Assembly: GCA_964455285.1 (NCBI GenBank)
Contig: CAYVVG010000012.1
Coordinates: 672 to 64,671, forward strand
DNA length: 64,000 nt
Origin: an uncultured Prolixibacteraceae bacterium
GTDB taxonomy: Bacteria; Bacteroidota; Bacteroidia; Bacteroidales; FEN-979
Reading direction: 5' to 3'
Positions 8,829-18,620 of this stretch are shown here, piece by piece. The notes beneath the pieces were generated by a model that was not told the origin of the DNA, searched no databases, and worked only from the letters and a program-made list of their open reading frames with translations. The position numbers and the translations under genes are program-made. Position 1 is the first letter of the stretch. Each line of letters opens with the position of its first letter.

Positions 8829-11092
8829 TACTCGATCACCAGCTTTTGAATGTGGGTAAACGCTTCATTGTTGATCCTGACGAGGTAGATTCCCTTCGGG
8901 AGGCCTTTCAGGTCGATGCTCACCGAAGCGGATGACTCGGTGAGGGATCCGAAAGCCAGATCGGAAATGACTTTCCCGAGGGTGGTCATCAGGGTGCAGG
9001 TGGTGTGCCCGGGCAATCCGGTGATCCTTACGGTGACCTGATCGCGGGCGGGATTGGGATATACCTTCAACCGCTCGACCGGGTTGTTCTCGCCCACGCC
9101 GGTGCAGGCATCGGTGGCAAACACGACCTGGATGGATGCCGAGGAGCGGCATCCGTGCCGGTTGACGACCTCGACCGAATAGAGCTGCGCGTCATACCCG
9201 ATGCCGGTCGTGCCAAAGGAGATGGTCCGGCTGGTGGCTCCGTTTGACCATAGGTAGGAGGAACCGGGGTTCCCGGCATCGAGTTCCACCGTATCGTAAA
9301 TGCAGACCAAAGTATCGGGCGGCCCCAGCCGGATCAACGGTTCCGGGTACAACACGACCCTGACGGCACCCTGGGAAGTGTTGTACTGGTCGTTGACAGT
9401 GACATGGTATTCGGTATTCACCCCGGGTATGACCATCGGGTCCGGTTCTGTGGAGGAAAATCCGGCCGGATCGGATGTCCAGGAATACGTGTAGTGACCG
9501 ATATTTCCTCCCCCGGCGGCCGCATAAAGCCGGGTGGAATCTCCCGGGCAGATGGAATCGGGAGCGGCAACCGGATTGACATTCAAGGCTACACCCGTCA
9601 CTTCCACCGCCACGTTGGCCTCGTTGGTGCTGATGCAGTTGGTGGCTAGGTCGGTGACCACCAGCGAATAAATGGTGGTCGAGGTGAGATTCACGGTTCT
9701 CGGATTCTGAACACCCGCATGGATCAGTTTGTCCGCCGGAGACCAGCTGAAGTAATAATCACTGTTGGCGCCGGTCACGGATCCGTCCAGAAACGTATAG
9801 GTTCCGTTGGGTATCGATTTAGGCTGACCTGCATTGGCGACCGGGAGCGGGATCACATTGACGGTGACGGAGCCGGTCACGGTATTGTATCCGTCGAAGG
9901 CGGTCACCTGGTAAGTTGAAGTCACTGCCGGTGCCACGGTCGGGTTTGGCAGCGTAGATGTGAATCCGTTCGGGCCGGTCCATTGGTAAGAATAATTCCC
10001 TGCCCCGCCGGATCCGATGGCCTGGATTTGGGTGGAGGTCCCGAAACAGATCGAGGAGGGATTGGCAACGGCGTTCACTGCCAGCGGTCCCCCCTGGATA
10101 TTGACCGTGACCATGTCGGTGGCCTGACATCCGGCTGAATCGTCGGTGACGGTCAGGGTAAAGACCTGGGCTGTAAAAAGATTCACGGTCTGGGGATTTT
10201 GTATGCTATCGTTCAGCAGTTTATTCGACGGCGCCCATTTATAGCGGTAGGCTCCGCTGCCGGCCGTACAGTTGCCGTGCAGCGTGGTGGATACGCCGTT
10301 CAGGATGGTAGTGTCATTCCCGGCATGGGGCTGGGGCTGGAACACGGCCACTGATACAACCGAGGTATCAATGCTGGTTTGCCCGTTCACGACGATACGG
10401 AGGAAATAATCGCCGGCATTGACCGTGGTTGCATTCGGAATCGTGGGGTTTTGCAGGGAGGAGGTAAAGCCGGCGGGTCCCCACCAGTAGTAGGTGGCCC
10501 CGGTCACCGACTGGGCGGTAAGCTGGAGTGTCTGGCCCTTGCAGATCGGGCTGTTACTGGTGCAGGTGGGTGGCATGATGGAGCAATCCGTGGTCCCGGT
10601 CCCGCTGGTCTGCTGGAAGATGATGTTGCAGGGGTCGTTTGAATAGTTGGTGATGACCAGCATATAAAACTGACCCGATACTGCGTTCAGGATGTCACAT
10701 GTTTCGAAAGCCAGCGGGGAGTAACTGCAGTCGACGACCTTGTTCTGGGTGAGTTGCCCGCAACACTCCTGGGAAGTGAACGGTCCCCAGCAGCAGAAGT
10801 CGATATCTTCCGAGGGCTCGCTGTGCATCTGGATGATGATATTGCCCGAGTTGGCGACCTTCATGTAGTACCAGGCCGGGTTTGGCCGGGTCTGCAAACA
10901 GGCGTAATAGGGCCCGACCTGTCCTGAACCGGCGTTCACGCCGGCGGGAAAATTATAGAGGGTGCCCGTGCAGAAAGGGGCCGCAGATTCGCACAGGTTG
11001 TTGCCTCCCTGTCCCTGCTGGGCGAAGAGGGATCCTGCGAAAAGCAGGACGACGGCGGTAAGCAGGAATATCTTTCTCATCGCGGGCCGCAT
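8828..11092 (-). CDS. Secreted Ig-like repeat protein with T9SS type A C-terminal domain
   Basis: Signal peptide then Gln, Cys-rich N-terminal domain, repeated Y.W.GP.GF.S..QNP modules, CTD VYPNPARDQV...KGIYLV...KLVIE. Confidence 0.85.
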   Translation of the reverse strand: MRPAMRKIFLLTAVVLLFAGSLFAQQGQGGNNLCESAAPFCTGTLYNFPAGVNAGSGQVGPYYACLQTRPNPAWYYMKVANSGNIIIQMHSEPSEDIDFCCWGPFTSQECCGQLTQNKVVDCSYSPLAFETCDILNAVSGQFYMLVITNYSNDPCNIIFQQTSGTGTTDCSIMPPTCTSNSPICKGQTLQLTAQSVTGATYYWWGPAGFTSSLQNPTIPNATTVNAGDYFLRIVVNGQTSIDTSVVSVAVFQPQPHAGNDTTILNGVSTTLHGNCTAGSGAYRYKWAPSNKLLNDSIQNPQTVNLFTAQVFTLTVTDDSAGCQATDMVTVNIQGGPLAVNAVANPSSICFGTSTQIQAIGSGGAGNYSYQWTGPNGFTSTLPNPTVAPAVTSTYQVTAFDGYNTVTGSVTVNVIPLPVANAGQPKSIPNGTYTFLDGSVTGANSDYYFSWSPADKLIHAGVQNPRTVNLTSTTIYSLVVTDLATNCISTNEANVAVEVTGVALNVNPVAAPDSICPGDSTRLYAAAGGGNIGHYTYSWTSDPAGFSSTEPDPMVIPGVNTEYHVTVNDQYNTSQGAVRVVLYPEPLIRLGPPDTLVCIYDTVELDAGNPGSSYLWSNGATSRTISFGTTGIGYDAQLYSVEVVNRHGCRSSASIQVVFATDACTGVGENNPVERLKVYPNPARDQVTVRITGLPGHTTCTLMTTLGKVISDLAFGSLTESSASVSIDLKGLPKGIYLVRINNEAFTHIQKLVIE

Positions 11093-11524
11093 TTATTGGT
11101 ATTTATCATGGGAGGAAAGCCACTCGTTTTTCTGCGTATCGCTCCAATCCACAGAAGTCCGGTGGGTTTGTTCCTTCAATTCCCCGAAAACACGAAGGAT
11201 CAGGTCGTCGTCGTAGGTTTTATCCGCCTTGAAGATGACACGGTCCTTGCGGAGGTCCGGATCCACGTTGACCAGTTTGCCGGTTCCGAAACTGAGGTTC
11301 ATGAACCATACGCGCTCAAACCGGGTTGAAAGCATCGAAAAGTCGGCAAGGTAATACCTGTTCGTTCCATCCTGATCGATGCGTGCGGCGAATTGCCCTT
11401 TGAAATCAAAGCTTGCGACCTTTGCTATAAACGCAGGGTCATCGGGCGACACGATAGGATGCTGTGCGAACAGGAAGGCTTGGATCCCTGTCAGGAGAAA
11501 AACCAGGATTCCCGATAGTCTCAT
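11093..11524 (-). CDS. Hypothetical exported protein
   Basis: Start MRLSGILVFLL at 11524 preferred over the track's 11602: it gives a signal peptide and follows TATATTTG on the minus strand (11550-11557). The stop abuts the next start codon. Confidence 0.7.
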   Translation of the reverse strand: MRLSGILVFLLTGIQAFLFAQHPIVSPDDPAFIAKVASFDFKGQFAARIDQDGTNRYYLADFSMLSTRFERVWFMNLSFGTGKLVNVDPDLRKDRVIFKADKTYDDDLILRVFGELKEQTHRTSVDWSDTQKNEWLSSHDKYQ

Positions 11525-11598
11525 AATATTTCGGCTAACTTGTGAAACACAAATATACAATAATTTGCATGAACGGGCATGGTGGCGGGATCCCTTGA

Positions 11599-12345
11599 TC
11601 ACCAGCCGGATGCCAGGAGATCGATGATATGAATGGTGCGGATGGGAAGGTTGTGCTTATCAATATAAGCCTGCTGGTTCATCAGGCATGATGAGTCGGT
11701 CGAGACAATGTATTCCGCTCCTGTTTCCAATGCCCGGTTAACTTTTTGTTCGGCCATTGCAGAAGAAATCGGTTCGAATTTTGCGGAGAAGGTTCCCCCA
11801 AAGCCGCAGCAGACTTCGTTGTCCTTCATTTCCCTGAGTTCCAGGCCGGCCACTCTGCTGAGAAGTTTCCTGGGTTCATCCTTCAGTCCGTATTCACGGA
11901 GGGCGGCGCAGGAATCATGATAGGTAACGGCATGAGGAAAAACAGCGCCGACATCCTCCACCCCCAGTTCATTGACCAGGAAGTCGGTAAATTCGAAAAT
12001 ATTCTTTTTCAGCTGCTTGTATTCCAGGTGGCAGGCTGTGTTGTGGAACAACCATCCGTAGTAGTTCCTGATGAAACCGATGCAGGAAGCCGAGGGCCCG
12101 ACCACGGGGCGGTCGTTGGGAAAATCCTTCAGGAACTTCTCACCCATTTTTTTTGCCTCATCCCAGAAACCGCTGTTGAATGCCATCTGTCCGCAACAGG
12201 TTTGGTTGGGATTGTAATTGACCACGATGTCCAGCTTTTCCAGGATCCGGACCATGTTTTTACCTGTTTCGGGGTAAAGCTGGTCGACAAAGCAGGGTAT
12301 AAAGATATCGACTAACAAAGGCGGAGCAAAGATTTGGGGTTCCAA
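11599..12345 (-). CDS. (Fe-S)-binding CCG-domain protein, LutA/YkgE family
   Basis: FIPCFVDQLYP, QTCCGQ, SASC, HDSC, CCGFGGTF, DSSC motifs. Minus-strand TACCTTTG at 12357-12364. Confidence 0.85.
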   Translation of the reverse strand: MEPQIFAPPLLVDIFIPCFVDQLYPETGKNMVRILEKLDIVVNYNPNQTCCGQMAFNSGFWDEAKKMGEKFLKDFPNDRPVVGPSASCIGFIRNYYGWLFHNTACHLEYKQLKKNIFEFTDFLVNELGVEDVGAVFPHAVTYHDSCAALREYGLKDEPRKLLSRVAGLELREMKDNEVCCGFGGTFSAKFEPISSAMAEQKVNRALETGAEYIVSTDSSCLMNQQAYIDKHNLPIRTIHIIDLLASGW

Positions 12346-12497
12346 CTAATTGCTCCCAAAGGTAAGAAAAATTTGTTATGGCGGATACGGCCCCGGGCAG
12401 GAATATACCCGGCATGAGAAAAAAAAGTGGCGGAATACAGGATTATCACCATAATCCTGCTCCCGCCACACATTCGTGCAGGCGATCGCCTTTGCCG

Positions 12498-12881
12498 TCA
12501 GTCGATCCAGATGCTGATTGACACGTTCCAGTCGCACTGGACCACCGCTCCCCAGCGTGCGTTGTCGATGGGAATCGAAAGCTGTTCTCCTTCATACACG
12601 ATGAAGGGACCAAAAGTGAGGACACCCCCGTCTTTCACTGCCCATACTTTGGCAAAGACCGCGGTTCCTGAAGTGGAGCTGGAGGAAACTGTCACTTCCA
12701 TGTCACGCTTTTCACGCGAAGGAGGCGGCGGAATCCGGGGCTTAATTTCCGCAAAACCCGTCATGTAGCTCGACAACGGGTAATTGTAGCTCGGGATGGG
12801 TCTGATCGGCAAATTCTGTGCCAGAAGACTGGTGATCCCTAACAGGAGGAAGAAACCGGCAAAGAGGACTAACTTTTTCAT
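12498..12881 (-). CDS. Small secreted hypothetical protein (127 aa)
   Basis: MKKLVLF... signal peptide then Gln, Pro-rich segment, beta-rich C-terminal half. Minus-strand TAACTTTG at 12938-12945. Confidence 0.8.
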   Translation of the reverse strand: MKKLVLFAGFFLLLGITSLLAQNLPIRPIPSYNYPLSSYMTGFAEIKPRIPPPPSREKRDMEVTVSSSSTSGTAVFAKVWAVKDGGVLTFGPFIVYEGEQLSIPIDNARWGAVVQCDWNVSISIWID

Positions 12882-13192
12882 AGGGTGGTTGTATTGAGTG
12901 TTTATGATGTCCGTAGAATCGAATTATACGCAGGTTTCAAAGTTAGGTTACAGGCCTAACAGACGCAATAGAGGAAATCCATAAAATTAGACTGGGGAAA
13001 ACCGCTATTTCTTCTGCAGGTTGGATTGCTAATACACTAATTTTCTGTATAATAGAATCACGATTTGGCAGCCAATCGGATCGCCACGTGTTTTAAAAAA
13101 AAACGAGAAAAAAGCAAAACGGGCAGATATCCCGGCCGGAACGGGAAGAACTTATGGCATAAAAGATAAAAATGCAGATTCTCCGGGAGGAT

Positions 13193-13822
13193 TCAGATGA
13201 TCCCTTTCTCAAGCAAGATCTTCACCAGTTCGGCATTGTTCTTTGCATCGCACCGTTCGCGGATATGTTTCAAGGTCTTCTCGACGGTCGAGACACTGGT
13301 TTTCTTGGCGTCGGCGATCTGCTGCTGGGTCAGTCCCGACGAGAGAAGGATCACCAGTTCCTGCTGGTTGGGGGTGAGATGATATTTCTGTCCGGAGAGC
13401 ACAGCAGCCAGTTTCTTCTCATAATCGGGTTCAACGAGCCCTGAAAAAACGATCTGTCCGCGGATGACTTTCTCAAGGGTGGACTTGATCTCTGCTTTAT
13501 TTGTGCTCTTAAGCAGGTAGGCCATCACCCCTGACTCGAACATCTTGCGCTGCCAGGATGCGGAATCTTCGCTGGTGAAGATCACGATGGGTTTCCCCGG
13601 GAAATGTTCCTTCAGTTTCTTAATGTTCATGAGCGGATGGGCTTCCGGCAGCCAGAGGTCAAGAAGAAATATGTCGAATTTTCCAGCATCACCCCGGGCG
13701 ACCGCATCGTCGGCGCTGCAGGCGCTATCGGTGATCTCGATTCCATCCCGCGAAGGGCGGAACAGGTTTTTCAGGCCTGTCACAATGACCGGGTGATCCT
13801 CGATTACAAACAGCCTTATCAT
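13193..13822 (-). CDS. NarL/LuxR-type response regulator
   Basis: Receiver IEDH...LLDLWLP...YLLKS, and a C-terminal HTH (LTPNQQELV...QQIADAKKTSVSTVEK). Confidence 0.92.
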   Translation of the reverse strand: MIRLFVIEDHPVIVTGLKNLFRPSRDGIEITDSACSADDAVARGDAGKFDIFLLDLWLPEAHPLMNIKKLKEHFPGKPIVIFTSEDSASWQRKMFESGVMAYLLKSTNKAEIKSTLEKVIRGQIVFSGLVEPDYEKKLAAVLSGQKYHLTPNQQELVILLSSGLTQQQIADAKKTSVSTVEKTLKHIRERCDAKNNAELVKILLEKGII

Positions 13823-13843
13823 GGTAACTGGGTTAATTTCATG

Positions 13844-15748
13844 CTATGGGTTGATGGGAAATGTGATATTCCACTGGGTTCCTTTTCCGGCCGCCGTGCT
13901 CAGGGTTGCCTGCCCCCCGACCAGTTTGGCTCTTTCGTAGATATTCCGGATGCCCATGCTGGGTTTGTTGCCCGGTCCCTGGGTGAAACCGGGACCGTCG
14001 TCGGCATACTTCAGCAAAACCCGTCCGTTCTCATGGAATATCTTCAGGGTGATGTGGCTGTCGGCCGCATATTTGCCAGCGTTGGTAAGCAATTCCTGGG
14101 TGATGCGGTAAAAATGGAGAACCAGGTCGTTGGGAAGGTCGGGAAATTGTTCGGGAATATCCAGGTTAACTTTCAGTTTCGACAATTTCTGCATATCCTC
14201 GCACAACCCCATGATCATTTCGCTGAAGGTAAAATGCTCGATCATGGCACGGTTCATCCGGTGAGAAATACGCCGGATGCTCGCACCCAGTTCGCGGATC
14301 CGGGTCCTGATCGCTTCCTTGGTCTCTTCATCGGGAAAATCGACACTCTCGATGGTGCCGGATATTCCCAGCACCAGCTGGCCGGTCAGGTCGTGAAGCT
14401 CCCGGGCGGTCCTCCCCTTCTCGGTTTCCTCCATTTCGAGGATCCTTTTGGCCGAACTGATCTGCTCCCTCGCAAATCGGGTACGGTTTCGCTGTTGAAG
14501 GACCAGGGTGGTGAATACCGAGGCCACCACCAGGAGCAGAGCAATCGCGAGCCAGAGTTCCGTTTGCTGAAGGCGGTTGGTTTGTTTCAGCAACTCCTTC
14601 TCCTCATTCTGTATGATCAATTCCTTGTTCTTCAGGTCCAGCTGTGCCGCCAGAAGCCGCACCTGGTCGGACCCGCGCTGGCGGTTGTCGATTTCGCGCG
14701 TCTTCATCGCCAGTTTCTGAAGTTCCAGCGCTTTTTTGAAATCGCCCTTTTCCACGCATACATCGGCATAGGAATCATACAGCGACGAAAGCCAGTCGTA
14801 ATCCTTCAACTCCCTGGCCCTCGGAATGGCCTGGTCGGCCAGGCACTCTTCGGCCCTGACGAGATCTTTCTTGTCGAGGTAGCTGTAGGCCATGTTATTG
14901 TAGGCACCGAACAGGATCTTTGGCAGGTTGGCGTGAAGGCCCAGGTTCAGCGCAGCCTTGTAGTAATAGAGGGCTGAATCGGGATTGACCTGTTGGGTAC
15001 CGATGTTAATAAAAACCACGGCCATCTGCTCCTCCGTGCCGCTCGCCCGGCCCAGGTAAGAAATTGCTTCTTTCTGCTGCGCGATCGATTTTTTTTCATC
15101 GTTTTCAAAAGGTTTCCGCGCAAGGTTGGCCAAAGCCATGCCCATCTGAACGTAATGTGTATCGCGACGGGCAATCTCCAAGGCGGATTCATACATTTTC
15201 CGGGCATTGACATAATCGTGCAGCCGGTAATTGATATTACCAATCTCGTTGTATGCAAGGGCGACCCCGCTACCGTCACCCGAAGCAAGGGCCAGGCGGG
15301 CCGATGAATCGAGCAATGCCAGTGCCGACTTGTAATTGCTGGATGCGCCCGACAGGACGGCCAGGTTGTAAAAGACGTGGATCTTCTGGGCGGTCAGCCC
15401 GCAGCTATCGGCGATATGCAGGGCCCTGTTGTAATAAAAATAACTCGAGTCCTTCTGGTTTTGAAGGTATGCTTTGCCCAGCCATTTATAGGCATCCACC
15501 CGGTCGGAAACCGATCGTGAACGCGCCGCAAAAGAGAGTGCTGCGCGCGCGTACCGGATGGCATCGGCGTTGTTGCTGGCCTTGTTCTTTTCAACCAGCA
15601 AGCCCAGGGCCTTCAGGGTATCACCCGGGCTTCCCATTGCATGGCCATCGGCCCGGGCCGATGGCATTACCAGGAATGCGGGTGCGGCGCGAGCTTGAAA
15701 CAGGCTAAATAACAAGATGAGGAGGAAGATAAATGACTTGTTTCTCAT
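13844..15748 (-). CDS. Sensor histidine kinase with extracytoplasmic TPR domain (HisKA_3 type)
   Basis: Start MRNKSFIFLL at 15748 is supported by minus-strand TACTTTTG at 15775-15782. TPR repeats, one TM helix, ARELHD H-box, QELLTNAGKYA N-box, DDGPGF. Confidence 0.9.
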   Translation of the reverse strand: MRNKSFIFLLILLFSLFQARAAPAFLVMPSARADGHAMGSPGDTLKALGLLVEKNKASNNADAIRYARAALSFAARSRSVSDRVDAYKWLGKAYLQNQKDSSYFYYNRALHIADSCGLTAQKIHVFYNLAVLSGASSNYKSALALLDSSARLALASGDGSGVALAYNEIGNINYRLHDYVNARKMYESALEIARRDTHYVQMGMALANLARKPFENDEKKSIAQQKEAISYLGRASGTEEQMAVVFINIGTQQVNPDSALYYYKAALNLGLHANLPKILFGAYNNMAYSYLDKKDLVRAEECLADQAIPRARELKDYDWLSSLYDSYADVCVEKGDFKKALELQKLAMKTREIDNRQRGSDQVRLLAAQLDLKNKELIIQNEEKELLKQTNRLQQTELWLAIALLLVVASVFTTLVLQQRNRTRFAREQISSAKRILEMEETEKGRTARELHDLTGQLVLGISGTIESVDFPDEETKEAIRTRIRELGASIRRISHRMNRAMIEHFTFSEMIMGLCEDMQKLSKLKVNLDIPEQFPDLPNDLVLHFYRITQELLTNAGKYAADSHITLKIFHENGRVLLKYADDGPGFTQGPGNKPSMGIRNIYERAKLVGGQATLSTAAGKGTQWNITFPINP

Positions 15749-15878
15749 CACCGTCAGTACTGCATCTAATTTTCCAAAAGTACAAATAATATTCACACCC
15801 GGCTGATGGATAGCAGGATTATCGCCCACTCCTGCCGGCACGCTCTCCGCTGCCGGCAACCTCACTTGCAGGAACAGA

Positions 15879-16757
15879 TCATCCGGCCGGTTCCCGCGAA
15901 CTCTTCAGGGGCACGATCCCGGCCATCTCTCCGAGCACATTGACCAGGTCGGATCCCGCGGGTACCACGATCTTGGCATTGTCTCTCAGAGCTGCCTCCA
16001 TAGCCTGTATCTTCCTTAGAATCTGTGCGTTGCCGATAAAGTACTTTTCCGCTGCTTCATTGACCAGGGCGATCGCCTGGGCCTCTCCCTCCGCGCGCAG
16101 GATCTGGCCCTGCTTCACCCCTTCGGCCCTGCGGATCTCCGCCCTCTTCTCCCCGTCGGCTTTGGTTTCCGCTGCCGTGGCGTAATCGATGGCGGCGATC
16201 TTTTCATTTTCCGCCTTCACGATCTTGTTCATGGTCTCCTGCACATCCTTCGGCGGATCGATCTCCTTCAGCTCGGTGCGGATGATCTGGATCCCCCAGC
16301 TCCGGGTCTCCTCGAGCAGGGTGCCGTGCAACTCCTTGTTGATCTTGCCGCGCTCGCTGTTGGCCGATTTCAGGGTCATCGTCCCGATGATGTTACGCAA
16401 GGTGGTGCGGGCCAGGTTGACGATCTGGTACTCAATGCTGTTCACGTTGTACTGCGAGTTCTTGACACTCTCCTCGTCGTTGTTGATCTTGAAATACACC
16501 TGCGCATCAACCTTGGCGTTCAGGTTGTCGTTCGTGATGATCTCCTGCGGCTCCGCATTGATCATCTTCTCGGTTATGTTGATCTGGTACATCTGATCGA
16601 TAACCGGTATGACCCAGTGAAACCCGGGACCGGCAAACCGGTTGTACTTCCCGAACCTCTCGATCAGTCCGCGGTGTGTGGGTCTAACGATCCGGATACC
16701 GGCAAAGAACAGCAGGAACAGGATCCCGGCAAGGATTAGAATGAAAAGATTGCTCAT
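15879..16757 (-). CDS. SPFH/band 7 (stomatin-like) protein
   Basis: N-terminal TM, IERFGKY...PGFHWVIP, QEIITNDN, LRNIIG, WGIQIIRTELKEI, C-terminal AEG repeats. Confidence 0.92.
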   Translation of the reverse strand: MSNLFILILAGILFLLFFAGIRIVRPTHRGLIERFGKYNRFAGPGFHWVIPVIDQMYQINITEKMINAEPQEIITNDNLNAKVDAQVYFKINNDEESVKNSQYNVNSIEYQIVNLARTTLRNIIGTMTLKSANSERGKINKELHGTLLEETRSWGIQIIRTELKEIDPPKDVQETMNKIVKAENEKIAAIDYATAAETKADGEKRAEIRRAEGVKQGQILRAEGEAQAIALVNEAAEKYFIGNAQILRKIQAMEAALRDNAKIVVPAGSDLVNVLGEMAGIVPLKSSREPAG

Positions 16758-16891
16758 GGGGCTCGAATTAAGGGTGGATCTGAATATAAATTTACAAACA
16801 TATGACTATTTCCGGAGGAAGTCAAGCGATTGCCGCCGGAGATATGAACGCAGTATTTGTTAATTTCGCAAAAACATAAAAGATATCCGTT

Positions 16892-18553
16892 ATGAAATCC
16901 AAACTGATCATGATGATGATGCTGGTTGCCACCGTGGCTTTCTGCCTCTCCGGTTGCAACCGACGCGGAAGCGGCCCGGGAGCAGGCAACCCCGGCGATT
17001 CCCTCCTGCGTGCCAGGATCGGCGAGTTTGCTCAGGTCACGCTGAAAACCGATCTTTCCAACCTGACGGAAAAGGAAAAACAGATGATCCCGCTGCTGAT
17101 CGAGGTCGCAAAGATCATGGATGACCTTTACTGGGAACAGGTGATCGGCGACAAGCACGCATTCCTTGACACCATCCGCGACTCACTGGCCAGGGTTTTC
17201 GCGGGAATCAACTACGGTCCCTGGGAAAGGCTGAACGGCAACCAGTCTTTTATTGCCGGCATCGGTGAGAAACCGGCCGGGGCCAATTTCTACCCGCCCG
17301 ACATGACGAAGGAAGAATTTGAAGCCTGGAACGAGAAATCGAAGACCAGCCTGTATTCAGTGATCCGTCGCAACGATGACCGCACCCTGAAAAACATCAT
17401 GTACAGCGAGGTCTACCGTGTGAAGCTGGAGAAAGCGGCGCAGTTGCTTGAACAAGCGTCCGTACTTGCCGAAGACGAGGGTCTGAAAAAGTATCTTTCG
17501 CTGCGGGCCAAAGCCCTGGTCACCGACGATTATTTTGCCAGCGACATGGCCTGGATGGAGATGAAGAACAACACGATCGACTTCGTGGTCGGGCCGATCG
17601 AAAACTACGAGGATGAACTTTTCGGATACAAAACCGCCTTCGAGGCCGCCCTGCTCATCAAAGACAAGGAGTGGAGCGGGAAGCTGGCAAAATTTGCAAA
17701 ATTCCTTCCCGAACTCCAGGCAAAACTTCCCGTGGAGGAGAAATACAAAACGGAGAAACCCGGCACCGATTCCGACCTGAACGCGTACGACATCATTTAT
17801 GTGGCCGGTCATTCCAATGCCGGAAGCAAGACAATTGCCATTAACCTGCCGAATGACGAGAAGGTGCAGATGGCCAAAGGCTCGCGGCGCCTCCAGCTGA
17901 AAAACGCCATGCGGGCAAAATTCGATCACATTCTGGTGCCCATCTCCCAGGTCCTGATCGATCCCGGGCAGCAATCTCAGATCAAATTCGATGCCTTTTT
18001 CTCCAACGTGATGTTCCATGAAGTGGCCCACGGGCTGGGGATCAAGAAAACCCTCACCGGCAAGGGAACGGTGCGGGAAGCGCTGAAGGAGAAATACTCG
18101 TCGTTCGAAGAGGCGAAAGCCGACATCCTGGGATTATTCATGACGACCCAGCTGATCGAAAAGGGGGAAGTGACCGGGATCACGGCCGAAGACTGCTTCG
18201 TCACTTACATGGCAGGGCTGATCCGTTCGGTCCGTTTCGGGGCGGCCAGTGCACACGGCAAAGCGAACATGATGTGTTTCAACTTCTTTGAAACAAAGGG
18301 CGCCTTTGAGCGCAGCACCACCGGAACCTACCGGGTCAACATGGAGAAAACACGCCTGGCCATGAACGAATGGGCGGCAATGGTCCTTCATTTCGAGGGT
18401 GACGGCGATTACAAAGGAGCATCCGATTACCTGGAGGCCAACGGAAAGATCGGCGAAGGCCTTAAAGAGGACCTTGCACGGCTCAGGACCGCCAACATCC
18501 CGGTTGACATTGTGTATGAGCAGGGGCCGGAAGTGCTCGGACTCGTCAACTAA
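16892..18553 (+). CDS. Peptidase M49 (dipeptidyl-peptidase III-like) Zn-dependent lipoprotein
   Basis: Lipobox LSGC, GANFYP, GPIENYED, zinc motif FHEVAHG, second motif EEAKAD. Confidence 0.85.
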   Translation: MKSKLIMMMMLVATVAFCLSGCNRRGSGPGAGNPGDSLLRARIGEFAQVTLKTDLSNLTEKEKQMIPLLIEVAKIMDDLYWEQVIGDKHAFLDTIRDSLARVFAGINYGPWERLNGNQSFIAGIGEKPAGANFYPPDMTKEEFEAWNEKSKTSLYSVIRRNDDRTLKNIMYSEVYRVKLEKAAQLLEQASVLAEDEGLKKYLSLRAKALVTDDYFASDMAWMEMKNNTIDFVVGPIENYEDELFGYKTAFEAALLIKDKEWSGKLAKFAKFLPELQAKLPVEEKYKTEKPGTDSDLNAYDIIYVAGHSNAGSKTIAINLPNDEKVQMAKGSRRLQLKNAMRAKFDHILVPISQVLIDPGQQSQIKFDAFFSNVMFHEVAHGLGIKKTLTGKGTVREALKEKYSSFEEAKADILGLFMTTQLIEKGEVTGITAEDCFVTYMAGLIRSVRFGAASAHGKANMMCFNFFETKGAFERSTTGTYRVNMEKTRLAMNEWAAMVLHFEGDGDYKGASDYLEANGKIGEGLKEDLARLRTANIPVDIVYEQGPEVLGLVN

Positions 18554-18585
18554 CCCATTCCGCCCCTGTTCCAGGGGAATTTTCT

Positions 18586-18620
18586 GCGATCCCCGGGCCT
18601 CATCCCCGGGGATCGCTTTT
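18586..18620 (+). terminator. Intrinsic terminator hairpin at the convergent M49/dnaE junction
   Basis: 12-bp perfect stem GCGATCCCCGGG/CCCGGGGATCGC followed by TTTT. It overlaps the dnaE stop codon. Confidence 0.7.
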
